DNA from: an uncultured Gemmatimonadales bacterium
GTDB lineage: Bacteria > Gemmatimonadota > Gemmatimonadetes > Gemmatimonadales > GWC2-71-9
Assembly: GCA_963728915.1 (NCBI GenBank)
Contig: CAVSLV010000003.1
Location: 96,001 to 160,000 of the forward strand
Direction of reading: 5' to 3'
DNA length: 64,000 bases
Below are positions 41,333 to 51,270 of the stretch, piece after piece; the first letter of the stretch is position 1, and each line of letters starts with the position of its first letter. The notes under the pieces were generated by a model, which saw nothing but the letters and a program-made list of their open reading frames with translations, was not told where the DNA came from and ran no database searches. A program made the position numbers and the translations under genes.

Positions 41333-41959
41333 ATGCGGATGGTGTTCTGGGATGTTGACACCCAATACGACTTCATGCGGGCGGACGGCAAGCTGTACGT
41401 TCCCGGCAGCGAGGAGATCATTCCGGTGCTGGCCGCACTCACCCGGTTTGCCCACGACCGGAAGATCCCGATCATTGCGAGCGCGGATGACCACGTCCCG
41501 GGCCACCGCGAGCTCTCGGCGCAGCCCGACTGGAAGGAGACCTATCCGGAGCACTGTATGCGGGGGAGCCCGGGGCAGCGGAAGATCCCGGAGACCGCCC
41601 TCCGGAACCCGCTGGTGATCGAGCCGGAGCCGCGCGATGCCGCCGCGCTGGCGGAGCAGGTCAGGGCTCACGAGGGCGACCTTCTGTTTCACAAGCACTG
41701 GTTCGACGTGTTCACTAATCCCAACGTGCTGCCCGTCCTGGATGCTCTCGCGCCGGAGCGGATCGTGCTCTACGGGGTAGCGACCGACGTGTGTGACAAG
41801 TATGCGATCGAAGGATTGCTGCGGCATCGCCCCGGGATTCCCCTCACCGTGGTCACCGACGCGCAGCGCGCCATCGATCCGGCGCAGGGCGCGAGGCTCC
41901 TGGAGGAGTGGAAGCGACAGGGCGTTACCCTCGCGACCAGCGCCGAGGTGATGGGGTGA
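41333..41959 (+). CDS. pncA: Nicotinamidase / isochorismatase-family cysteine hydrolase
   Basis: DVDTQYDFM...GKLYVPG, ADDH, YPEHC, K..FDVF, GVATDVC. Confidence 0.85.
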   Translation: MRMVFWDVDTQYDFMRADGKLYVPGSEEIIPVLAALTRFAHDRKIPIIASADDHVPGHRELSAQPDWKETYPEHCMRGSPGQRKIPETALRNPLVIEPEPRDAAALAEQVRAHEGDLLFHKHWFDVFTNPNVLPVLDALAPERIVLYGVATDVCDKYAIEGLLRHRPGIPLTVVTDAQRAIDPAQGARLLEEWKRQGVTLATSAEVMG

Positions 41960-43062
41960 GCTTCGGCACCAACTTTCTTCCCGGCCCCACCGACGTCCAT
42001 CCGGAAGTGCTCGCCGCCCAGGCCCAGCCGATGTTCTCGCACCGGGGACCGCGGATGCGCCGGCTGCTGGAGGAAGTCGAGCCGGGCCTTCAGGAGTGCT
42101 TCGGGACCCGCCAGCCGGTCTTCATCCAGACCTGCTCGGGGACGGGGCTGCTCGAGGCCGCGGTCCGCAACGGAGTGCGGAAACGGGTGCTGGTCGTCGT
42201 GAGCGGTTTTTTCGGCGAGTACTTCGCGCGGGTGGCGGAAGGCTGCGGCAAGGAAGTCGTGCGCCTGCACGTTCATCCCGGCGCGACGATCTCTCCCGAC
42301 CAGCTGGAAGAGTTCCTCGACGGCCCTCCGGTCGATGCGGTGTTCGTGGTGCATTCGGAATCCTCGACCGGTGCGCTGGCGGATATTCCGGCGCTTGCGA
42401 CGGTGGTGCACCGGCGAGACGACGTGCTGTTCCTGGTGGACGGAGTCACCTCCGTTGGGGCGATGCCGATCGAGATGGACCGCTGGGGCGCGGATTACTA
42501 CTGCACCGGCTCGCAGAAGGCGCTGGCGCTTCCCCCCGGCCTCGCCTTCGGTGTCGCCAGCGACGCGTTCCGGGCCCGGGCCGAGCGCCAGCCGGATGCG
42601 GGCTACTACTTCTCGGCTCGAAAACTCATCAGCATTGCGCGGGACCATCTGCCCTGGTGGACTCCGGCGGTCTCCCTGCTTCTCGCGCTCGAGTGCCAGA
42701 TGCGGCGGATTCAGGAGGCGGGCGGCTGGCCGGCCCGGTGGGAGCGCCACCGGCGAATGCGCGACGTCGTGGACCGCTGGATTTCGACTCGCCCTGACCC
42801 CCGGCTCATGACGCCCGACGGGGTGGCGCGTTCACCGGCGATTTCCTCGGTGGTGCTGCCGGAGCGGTTCCGGGGCGCCCGGGTCATCGAGGAGCTCGAG
42901 CGGCGCGGGTTTCTGGTCGGCGGCGCGCTGGATCCCCGGCACGGCCAGATCGTGAGAATCGGTCACATGGGGGATCTCGAGCCCATCCATCTCGAACGAT
43001 TGCTGACGGAAATCGAAACCATTCTTCTGGAACGCGATCAACTGCCCGAAAATCAGCGCTGA
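41956..43062 (+). CDS. Class V aminotransferase (alanine-glyoxylate / serine-pyruvate type)
   Basis: FLPGPT, SHRG, HSESSTG, LVDGVTS, GSQKALALPPG, RIGHMG. Confidence 0.92.
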   Translation: MSFGTNFLPGPTDVHPEVLAAQAQPMFSHRGPRMRRLLEEVEPGLQECFGTRQPVFIQTCSGTGLLEAAVRNGVRKRVLVVVSGFFGEYFARVAEGCGKEVVRLHVHPGATISPDQLEEFLDGPPVDAVFVVHSESSTGALADIPALATVVHRRDDVLFLVDGVTSVGAMPIEMDRWGADYYCTGSQKALALPPGLAFGVASDAFRARAERQPDAGYYFSARKLISIARDHLPWWTPAVSLLLALECQMRRIQEAGGWPARWERHRRMRDVVDRWISTRPDPRLMTPDGVARSPAISSVVLPERFRGARVIEELERRGFLVGGALDPRHGQIVRIGHMGDLEPIHLERLLTEIETILLERDQLPENQR

Positions 43063-43134
43063 AGCCCGTTGCAGCCTGTGCGTGACGATCCGGAATGCAC
43101 GTCTCTCCCCGGTACTTCTCACAGGATGCTGCTC

Positions 43135-43920
43135 ATGCAACTTGATCGTACTCTCCGGCTGGCTCTCGTCATCGGTCTCGGACTGGCGGGGTGCAGCAAG
43201 GACGAAACCGGCCCGTCCGACGACACCAACCTCAATGATGATCTTGCCACCAGCATCGGATTCACCGAGGCCCACGACGCGACGCTGGCGACCAATCCCG
43301 GATTCATTCAGGGAAGCATCGGTGCGGGAAACGAATTCCGGGTCACTGCCTGCACGTTCTCGGAGGCCTCGAGCCGCTTCGAATGTCCCTCGGAGACCCT
43401 GGGCGGCTTCACCCTGACGCGCAGCTACAGCTTCACCGACGCGTCCGGGATGGCCCTGACGTCCTTCGATCCGGACCTGGTGGCAGGCTTCAACGTGAAT
43501 GCCCGGCTGGCCGGCGCGGCAAGCCTGGGGAACTGGAGTGGCACCCTCGATTGGCAGCGTGATTTCAGCGTGACCGGAATCTCGCCCACCTCGACGAGCT
43601 GGACCTGGAATGGCACCGGCACGGCCACGATCACCTCGAGCCGCAACACCGTCAGTGGGGATACCCGCACCTACAACCTGGACATCACGACCCAGGTGAG
43701 CGACCTGGTAGTTCCCTACCCCTTGAGTGAAGGGGCCTATCCGACCTCGGGCACGATCACCAAGAACGTATCAGTGACCTACCTCGGCGGAAACTTCGAC
43801 GGACAGACCACGACGCGTACTGTGACCACGACCTTCAACGGGACCCAGACGGCGCGATTGACCATCGGCACCACCGAATGGGATTTGAACCTGACGACCG
43901 GAGCGGTCACCAGGATCTAG
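43135..43920 (+). CDS. Thr/Ser-rich beta-strand lipoprotein
   Basis: Lipobox LAGC and a Thr-rich body with YPTSGTI. Confidence 0.8.
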   Translation: MQLDRTLRLALVIGLGLAGCSKDETGPSDDTNLNDDLATSIGFTEAHDATLATNPGFIQGSIGAGNEFRVTACTFSEASSRFECPSETLGGFTLTRSYSFTDASGMALTSFDPDLVAGFNVNARLAGAASLGNWSGTLDWQRDFSVTGISPTSTSWTWNGTGTATITSSRNTVSGDTRTYNLDITTQVSDLVVPYPLSEGAYPTSGTITKNVSVTYLGGNFDGQTTTRTVTTTFNGTQTARLTIGTTEWDLNLTTGAVTRI

Positions 43921-43930
43921 GCGGCCCTTT

Positions 43931-45562
43931 CTAGATCTCTCCGCGCTTGGCGAGATTGGCGATTCGCTCGCCGGCGCGGAACGCCAGGGCCATGATGGTC
44001 ATGGTCGGCTGGCCCCGCCCCGACGTCACCATGCTGCTCCCGTCGCACAGGAACAGATTGGGGACCTCGTGGGTTCGGTGGTCCGGATCGATGACGGAGG
44101 TTTTGGGGTTCTTTCCCATCCGGCAGGTGCCAAGGAGGTGGGCGGTGCCGCCCGAGACCCCGGCATCCGGACCCCACACTTTCTGGGCGCCCGCCGCATC
44201 GAGAATTTCCTTCGACCGGTCGATCATGAACTGCATGATCTTGATGTCGTCGGGATGGTCGGTGTAAGTGATCCGGAGCGCGGGAAGACCCCAGTCGTCC
44301 TTGACGTTCGGATCGAGCGTGACCCGGTTGGTCTCCACCGGAAGCGACGTGGTGTGGCCGGCCGACATCATGGTGCGGTTGAAGTAGTCGGCCAGCATGT
44401 GCTTGTAGGCGCTGCCCCACTGGGGCGCGTCCTGGGGCAGCCCGCCCAGGCCCCACACGATCGGGTACTGCTGGAACCGGGCATCGATGCCGCCGCCACC
44501 GTAGAAGCCCCGCTTGGGGTCGCTGTCGTAGAAATCGTGCATGTTCCGGGTGACCTGCACGCTCTTGAACTCGTTGAGCGGATGCTCGAACAGACCCAAG
44601 GTGCCGGTGTTCCCGTTGAACATGAGGTGCTTGCCCACGTAGCCGCTCGAGTTGGCCAGCCCGTCGGGGAACCGGCTGGAGGCCGACATGAGCAGGAGCT
44701 TGGGGGTTTCCGCGCCGTTGCAGGAGAGAATCACCGCGCGGGCCGGCTGGAACTGCTCCATCTTGTCGGCGTCAAAGTAGGTCACCCCGGTCGCCCGGCC
44801 CTTCGGGTCCATCTCCACCCGGCGCACGTAGCTGTTGGGCCGCACTTCGCACTTGCCGGTCGCCTCGGCCACCGGAATCACCGAGGCCAGGCTCGAGCTC
44901 TTCGCGCCGAATTCGCATCCGAACCCGATGCAGTAGCCGCAATGCTGGCACGGGGTACGGCCATTATGGGGCTGGGAGATGATCGCCATCGGGGCGGGCT
45001 GGGCATGATAACCCAGTTTCTTGCAGCCCTTCTCGAACAACACCCCGGAGGATTTCACCGGAAGCGGCGGGAGTGGATACGGCTTGGACCGGGGCGGATC
45101 GAAGGGACCGGGCGCGCCCGAAACGCCGACCTCCCATTCGACCATGGTGTAATAGGGTTCGAGTTCGGCGTAGGTAATCGGCCAATCGGCGAGGTTGGCG
45201 CCCGGCACCGCGCCGAGCTTGCTCCGCTCGATGAAGTCGATCTCGTGGAGTCGCCAGTAGTTGGCGGTGAAATGGACGCTGCTTCCGCCCACGATGCTCG
45301 CCCGGAAGATCCCGCCGCCCCCGACTCTCGCTTCTTCGTCGGTCCTCTTGCGCCAGGTCACCGGCGTCTTGGGCCCGAGCTCGCTGTTCACCCAGTAGGC
45401 GAATTCATCGTGCTTGAACTGGGACGGGGTCATCCGGGGCCCCATCTCCATGAGCACCACCGAATGTCCCCGGGTGGAGAGCTGCTTGGCCACCACGCCG
45501 CCGGCCGCGCCGGAGCCGACGATGACGAAGTCGACGGTCTCGTTGAGGGGGTATTTCATCAT
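43931..45562 (-). CDS. GMC-family flavoprotein oxidoreductase (gluconate 2-dehydrogenase-like)
   Basis: IVGSGAAG, VGGSSVH, WPITYAELEPYY, CQHCGYCIGFGC, HLLGTCRMG, PTMTIMALA. Confidence 0.93.
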   Translation of the reverse strand: MMKYPLNETVDFVIVGSGAAGGVVAKQLSTRGHSVVLMEMGPRMTPSQFKHDEFAYWVNSELGPKTPVTWRKRTDEEARVGGGGIFRASIVGGSSVHFTANYWRLHEIDFIERSKLGAVPGANLADWPITYAELEPYYTMVEWEVGVSGAPGPFDPPRSKPYPLPPLPVKSSGVLFEKGCKKLGYHAQPAPMAIISQPHNGRTPCQHCGYCIGFGCEFGAKSSSLASVIPVAEATGKCEVRPNSYVRRVEMDPKGRATGVTYFDADKMEQFQPARAVILSCNGAETPKLLLMSASSRFPDGLANSSGYVGKHLMFNGNTGTLGLFEHPLNEFKSVQVTRNMHDFYDSDPKRGFYGGGGIDARFQQYPIVWGLGGLPQDAPQWGSAYKHMLADYFNRTMMSAGHTTSLPVETNRVTLDPNVKDDWGLPALRITYTDHPDDIKIMQFMIDRSKEILDAAGAQKVWGPDAGVSGGTAHLLGTCRMGKNPKTSVIDPDHRTHEVPNLFLCDGSSMVTSGRGQPTMTIMALAFRAGERIANLAKRGEI

Positions 45563-46140
45563 TGCCCTTTCATCGCTTCGGCGTCGTAGTACCCGAAGGG
45601 CGGCTGGTAGATGCCGTGTGACTCGAAGCCCAGGAGCTTCCAGCCGGTCTGATCCTGATTTCCGCCGTAGGAAGGATTGCTGAACATGCCAATGACCGTG
45701 GCGGACCGGATCGCCCCGAAAAAGGGAGTCTGCTCGATGGACTTGAGCAGCTCATCCTGCTGCTCGGGAGTCAGCGAGGCGAATGCCGTGGCGCCGGGCC
45801 ATTTGGCCGCGGCCTTCTGATTCAGGTCCGCGAGCCCCATGAGGAGCAGCGGTTTCTGTGGAGCGGCGAAGGTCTCCAGCGACTTGTCGAGAAAATGGAC
45901 CACGCCGGCCTCCTTGGCCCCGGGGGTATCGTCGGTCGGGAAGATCCGCATGGTGATTGCCTCGAGGTCCGCCGCCTGCGACGCGGTCAGCACCGCGAAT
46001 TGGTGGGGCGGCGGCGTGGCCACGGCGGATCGGGCATGGGTCAGGGCGGCGTGGAGCTCTTTGGGGTCGGCCAGGAGCCAGGCGGCGCCCGCGGCGCCCG
46101 CGGCAGCGAGAAAGGTGCGGCGGGAAACGGGATCGTTCAT
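45559..46140 (-). CDS. Gluconate 2-dehydrogenase subunit 3 family (Tat signal)
   Basis: SRRTFL, RIFPTDDTPGAKEAGV, GMFSNPSYGGN...GWKLLGF. Confidence 0.9.
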   Translation of the reverse strand: MNDPVSRRTFLAAAGAAGAAWLLADPKELHAALTHARSAVATPPPHQFAVLTASQAADLEAITMRIFPTDDTPGAKEAGVVHFLDKSLETFAAPQKPLLLMGLADLNQKAAAKWPGATAFASLTPEQQDELLKSIEQTPFFGAIRSATVIGMFSNPSYGGNQDQTGWKLLGFESHGIYQPPFGYYDAEAMKGQ

Positions 46141-46178
46141 GGAGACTCCGAGGGGGAACGGGTCCAATTTATCGCACT

Positions 46179-47111
46179 CTATTTCATAAAGACACTTTTC
46201 GCGACGAACCAGACATTGGCAGGACGCTCGGCCAGTCGGCGCATGTACCAGGGAAACCACGATTTCCCATAACTGATGAGGGTCTTGACCACGCGACCGT
46301 CCGCGACCAGCTGCTTCTGCTCCGCCATCCGGATCCCGTAGAGCATGTGGATCTCGTACTTCCCGTTGGTGACACCGAGCTCGCCGGCCCGGGTGACGAT
46401 CCGGCGCACCAGCTGCAGGTCGTGGGTCCCGAAGACCGGCAGCGCGTTTCCGGCTCGCGCGGCGCCGAGGAGCTCGACCGAGAGATCATAATAGGACCGG
46501 TCCACGTCACTCTTGTCGGGAAAGGCCACCGCGGGCGGCTCGGCATAGGCGCCTTTCACGAGCCGCACGATGGGTTTGAGCGGTAGCAGTGAGGCGAGAT
46601 CGGCGGGGGTGCGACGGAGGTAGGCCTGCATGGCCAGCCCGACCTTCGGGTAGCGGCTTCGTAACCCGCGGTAGAGATCCAGAGTCCGATCGACGTAACT
46701 CGAATCCTCCATGTCGATCCAGAGGACGGTGCCGCTGGCCTGGGCTCTGGCGGCAAGGACCTCCAGGTGCTCGGCACAATGTCGCTGGGAAAAATCGAGG
46801 CCGAGCTGGGTGGGCTTGACCGAAACGTGGGCATCCAGCTTTCGCGCGACGATCTGCTCCAGCACCGCAAGGTAGTGGTCGCGCACCTCGGCTGCTTCGG
46901 ATTCGGCGGTGAGGTTCTCGCCCAGCTTGGTGAGCAGGGTACCGAGCCCGGCCGGCGCGAGACGCGCGGCGGCGTCGAGTGCGTCGTCCAGCTCTTCCCC
47001 CGGCATGAACTTCTTGACCGCCCGGAGCACGAAGCGCCGGCGCATCACGTGCTCGGCGAGCCAGCGGCTCTTGGAAAGGCGAAGCAGCGCTTTCCGGGCG
47101 AGGGATGCCAT
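46179..47111 (-). CDS. Monofunctional proline dehydrogenase
   Basis: KFMPGE, LGEN, SVKPTQLG, IDMED, QAYLRR, RLVKGAY, GTHD, MLYGIR, YMRRLAERPAN. Confidence 0.95.
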   Translation of the reverse strand: MASLARKALLRLSKSRWLAEHVMRRRFVLRAVKKFMPGEELDDALDAAARLAPAGLGTLLTKLGENLTAESEAAEVRDHYLAVLEQIVARKLDAHVSVKPTQLGLDFSQRHCAEHLEVLAARAQASGTVLWIDMEDSSYVDRTLDLYRGLRSRYPKVGLAMQAYLRRTPADLASLLPLKPIVRLVKGAYAEPPAVAFPDKSDVDRSYYDLSVELLGAARAGNALPVFGTHDLQLVRRIVTRAGELGVTNGKYEIHMLYGIRMAEQKQLVADGRVVKTLISYGKSWFPWYMRRLAERPANVWFVAKSVFMK

Positions 47112-47176
47112 AGAAGGTCCGGAATATAGCCATCGATCCGGGCGAATCCCCCGCGATCGCCCTATCTTCGCTCCCG

Positions 47177-48670
<1,494 letters not shown>

Positions 48671-48684
48671 GCGGTTTCCTCTCT

Positions 48685-51156
48685 TCAGCCACGGCGCGCC
48701 AGCGGCGTGCTGCCCTCGGAGCTCTCGATTCGCTGGCGCTGCTCCTGGACCCGGGGCCAGACGCTGTCCTGCAGGCGTCGAACCTCGGCCTGAAATCGGG
48801 GATCGCCCTCCAGCTTGGCGAACACCGCGGAGCGGAGCACCCGGGGATCGATCCCGGCGGGGGAGTCCGAGAACGCCATGCGCACGTACTGGAGCGCGGG
48901 CTCGACCTCGCCGTTCCAGGCATACCAAGTGGCGAGCTCCTGCGCCGCAATGACCTCGCCGAACACCGCGTCGCCCGTTTCGCTCTCGACCACCCGGTGC
49001 AGCGAATCGACCAGCGCGTGGGCCTCCCGGGTCCGGCCCAGGGCCGCGAGGCAGGCGGCCTTCACGCCGAGATAGGGATACAGATCGAGGGCCGCGCAAT
49101 CGGCGGCTCGATTCTCCAGCAGGAGGGCCAGGCCTTCAATCTGGCGGGGGCGCCGCAGCTCGGGCTCGAGCTCGCCGGCGCGGTGGGCTTCGATCGCCGC
49201 CAGCGCCAGCTTCCCAACCGCGAGGGCCGGCAGCGCCAGGTTGAGATGCCGGGGAGAGGACATCGGATCGAGATCGAGGGCGCGCTGAGCCTGGGCGAGC
49301 GACTCCTCGGTCTTCCCTTCCCGGAGCAGCAACAGGGCGTGCCATCCTGCCACGTCGGCCTCGGCCGCCCGCATCCGGATCGCCCGCTCGAAGTCCCCGC
49401 GCACCTTGTCGATCGGCGCGAAGGTGAGGTACTCGATGTAGGCGAGGAACCCGATCGGCTCGCCCTGGTCGGGCGCGAGACGCGCCGCTCGCTCCGCCAG
49501 GCTCAAGGCCCGTGCGGCGGTGGCGTAGGCGGGAATCGTGGTCTGATAGCCATAGGCGAGCTGCAGGCCGAGGGCGGTCGCCAGCCGGCCGATCGCCTCG
49601 GCGTGGTTCGAGTCGTTGCGAACGGCCAGCTCGAAGAACCGGATCGCCTCGGCGATGCCCTCGGGGGTCCGCCGGCGAAGCGCCTGCTTGCCGGCGAGAA
49701 ACGCCGAGTGGGCCCCTTCCCGCCGGGCCCGGGCCGACGTGGAGATCGCGGGCAGGTCGGCGCCGGAGCCCAGCAGCGAATGGGTCACCCGAGCCACCAC
49801 GTCGCTCACCACGTGGTCGAAATTGGCGGAGTCGGGAGTGTAGGGCGCGGCCCAGAGCTGGGCCATGCTCGAGGCCTCGATGAACTGCACCGAAACCCGT
49901 AATCCGTGAGCCACCTGGCGGGGCTGGAACACCACCAGGTGCTCCACCCCGAGCTGTTCCCCCACCTGCCGCAGGGTCGGGCTGGCGCCCCGCCGGAACA
50001 GGGCGCCGGCCGACATGTAGTTCACCACCGTGAGCCCGGACACCTGGCCCAGGTTGTTGCTGATCCGGTCGACCAGGTCGGCGAGAAGCGCGCTTCCGGT
50101 GGAGTCGTGCTGGTAGTAGTCGGGAGGCAGCAGGGCCACGGTGGCGGCATGGCCGCTGCCCAGCTCCGGCGCCGGGCGGCGACGGAGGCCTAACCCGGCG
50201 AGCGCGAGGATGGCCAGACCGGCCGCGGCGGCGGCGACCCAGCCCCACCGGCGCCGCAGCGACGGCGCGGCCGGCAGAGCGGCGAAGGAATGGCTGCCGC
50301 TCCCCAGCGCTTCCAGGGCGGCCAGCAGCTCGGCGGCGGTCGGAAACCGGTCTCCCGGGAGCTTTTCCAGGCAACGCATGACGATCGCCGCAAAACCGGG
50401 AGGAAGATCGGGACGGACCAGGCCGAGCGGGATCGGGGTCTGCACCGCCTGGGCGACCAGCAGCTGCTGGAACGAAGTCCCCTGGAACGGACGAGTCCCC
50501 GCCAGGAGCTCATATCCCAGGACCCCCACCGCATAGATGTCGGCCCGGTGATCGAGCGACGGGTCGCCGCTCGCCTGTTCCGGCGACATGTATCCCGGTG
50601 TTCCCAGCGTGATGCCGACGCCGGTGACCGGGGTGGAGCTGTCCGCAGGCGCCAGCGCCTTGGAGACCCCGAAATCGGTCACCAGGGCGCTCTTCCCGAC
50701 CAGGAACACGTTGTCCGGCTTGATGTCGCGGTGCACGATCCCCGCCTCGTGGGCGTGGGCCAGCGCATCCACCACATCGATCAGAATCCGGCGGACCTCT
50801 CCAGGCGAGAGCTTCCCTTCGCTTTCCAGGCGGGTCCGCAGAGTCTCACCGCGGATGAACGGCATGGTGTAGTACGGGCCCCGGAGACCACTCCGGTACT
50901 CGATGAATCCGGCGGAAAGCACCGGCACGATGTGGGGATGCTGGAGCTTGACGGCGTGCTGGATCTCGATCCGGAATCGTTCGACGTTGAGGCCCGCCAT
51001 GAGATCGGGCGGGAGCACCTTGACGACGATCTCGCGGTCCAGTCCGGCGTCCTGGGCGACAAAGACCCGGGACATCCCACCCCCCGGGAGCTCGCGGTTC
51101 ACGCGATACCCCGGACCCAACGCAGCTTGAAGCTCGGACTGGAGATCGATGGACAC
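48685..51156 (-). CDS. Hanks-type Ser/Thr kinase - TM - TolB-like N domain - TPR repeats (paralog of 25157..27544)
   Basis: GGGMSRV, IVVKVL, HRDIKPDN, DFG, GTPGYMSPEQ, then a TM segment and TPR-like helices. Start is GTG 51156 or 51186. Confidence 0.92.
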   Translation of the reverse strand: MSIDLQSELQAALGPGYRVNRELPGGGMSRVFVAQDAGLDREIVVKVLPPDLMAGLNVERFRIEIQHAVKLQHPHIVPVLSAGFIEYRSGLRGPYYTMPFIRGETLRTRLESEGKLSPGEVRRILIDVVDALAHAHEAGIVHRDIKPDNVFLVGKSALVTDFGVSKALAPADSSTPVTGVGITLGTPGYMSPEQASGDPSLDHRADIYAVGVLGYELLAGTRPFQGTSFQQLLVAQAVQTPIPLGLVRPDLPPGFAAIVMRCLEKLPGDRFPTAAELLAALEALGSGSHSFAALPAAPSLRRRWGWVAAAAAGLAILALAGLGLRRRPAPELGSGHAATVALLPPDYYQHDSTGSALLADLVDRISNNLGQVSGLTVVNYMSAGALFRRGASPTLRQVGEQLGVEHLVVFQPRQVAHGLRVSVQFIEASSMAQLWAAPYTPDSANFDHVVSDVVARVTHSLLGSGADLPAISTSARARREGAHSAFLAGKQALRRRTPEGIAEAIRFFELAVRNDSNHAEAIGRLATALGLQLAYGYQTTIPAYATAARALSLAERAARLAPDQGEPIGFLAYIEYLTFAPIDKVRGDFERAIRMRAAEADVAGWHALLLLREGKTEESLAQAQRALDLDPMSSPRHLNLALPALAVGKLALAAIEAHRAGELEPELRRPRQIEGLALLLENRAADCAALDLYPYLGVKAACLAALGRTREAHALVDSLHRVVESETGDAVFGEVIAAQELATWYAWNGEVEPALQYVRMAFSDSPAGIDPRVLRSAVFAKLEGDPRFQAEVRRLQDSVWPRVQEQRQRIESSEGSTPLARRG

Positions 51157-51212
51157 GGTCGAGCCACGCCTATCTGCTTGAGCCACCGGAATGTACGAGA
51201 AGCCGGGTTTGC

Positions 51213-51240
51213 TTGACAGACCACCCTCCGGTCGTACGTT
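51213..51240 (+). promoter_or_regulatory. Sigma70-like promoter TTGACA-N16-TACGTT for the kinase operon
   Basis: Consensus -35 at 51213-51218 and -10 at 51235-51240, followed by GGAGG at 51259-51263. Confidence 0.6.
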
Positions 51241-51270
51241 CCGTGATCCCGGTCAAGCGGAGGAACTCCC

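Noticed and set aside
40230..43062. pncB-pncA-aminotransferase cluster as a novel pathway
   Set aside because: It is explained by ordinary NAD salvage, and nothing in the sequence ties the aminotransferase to it.
43914..43937. GATCTAG...CTAGATC inverted repeat between convergent genes as a terminator
   Set aside because: The arms are simply the ATC-TAG ends of both genes. The stem is weak and there is no U-tract.
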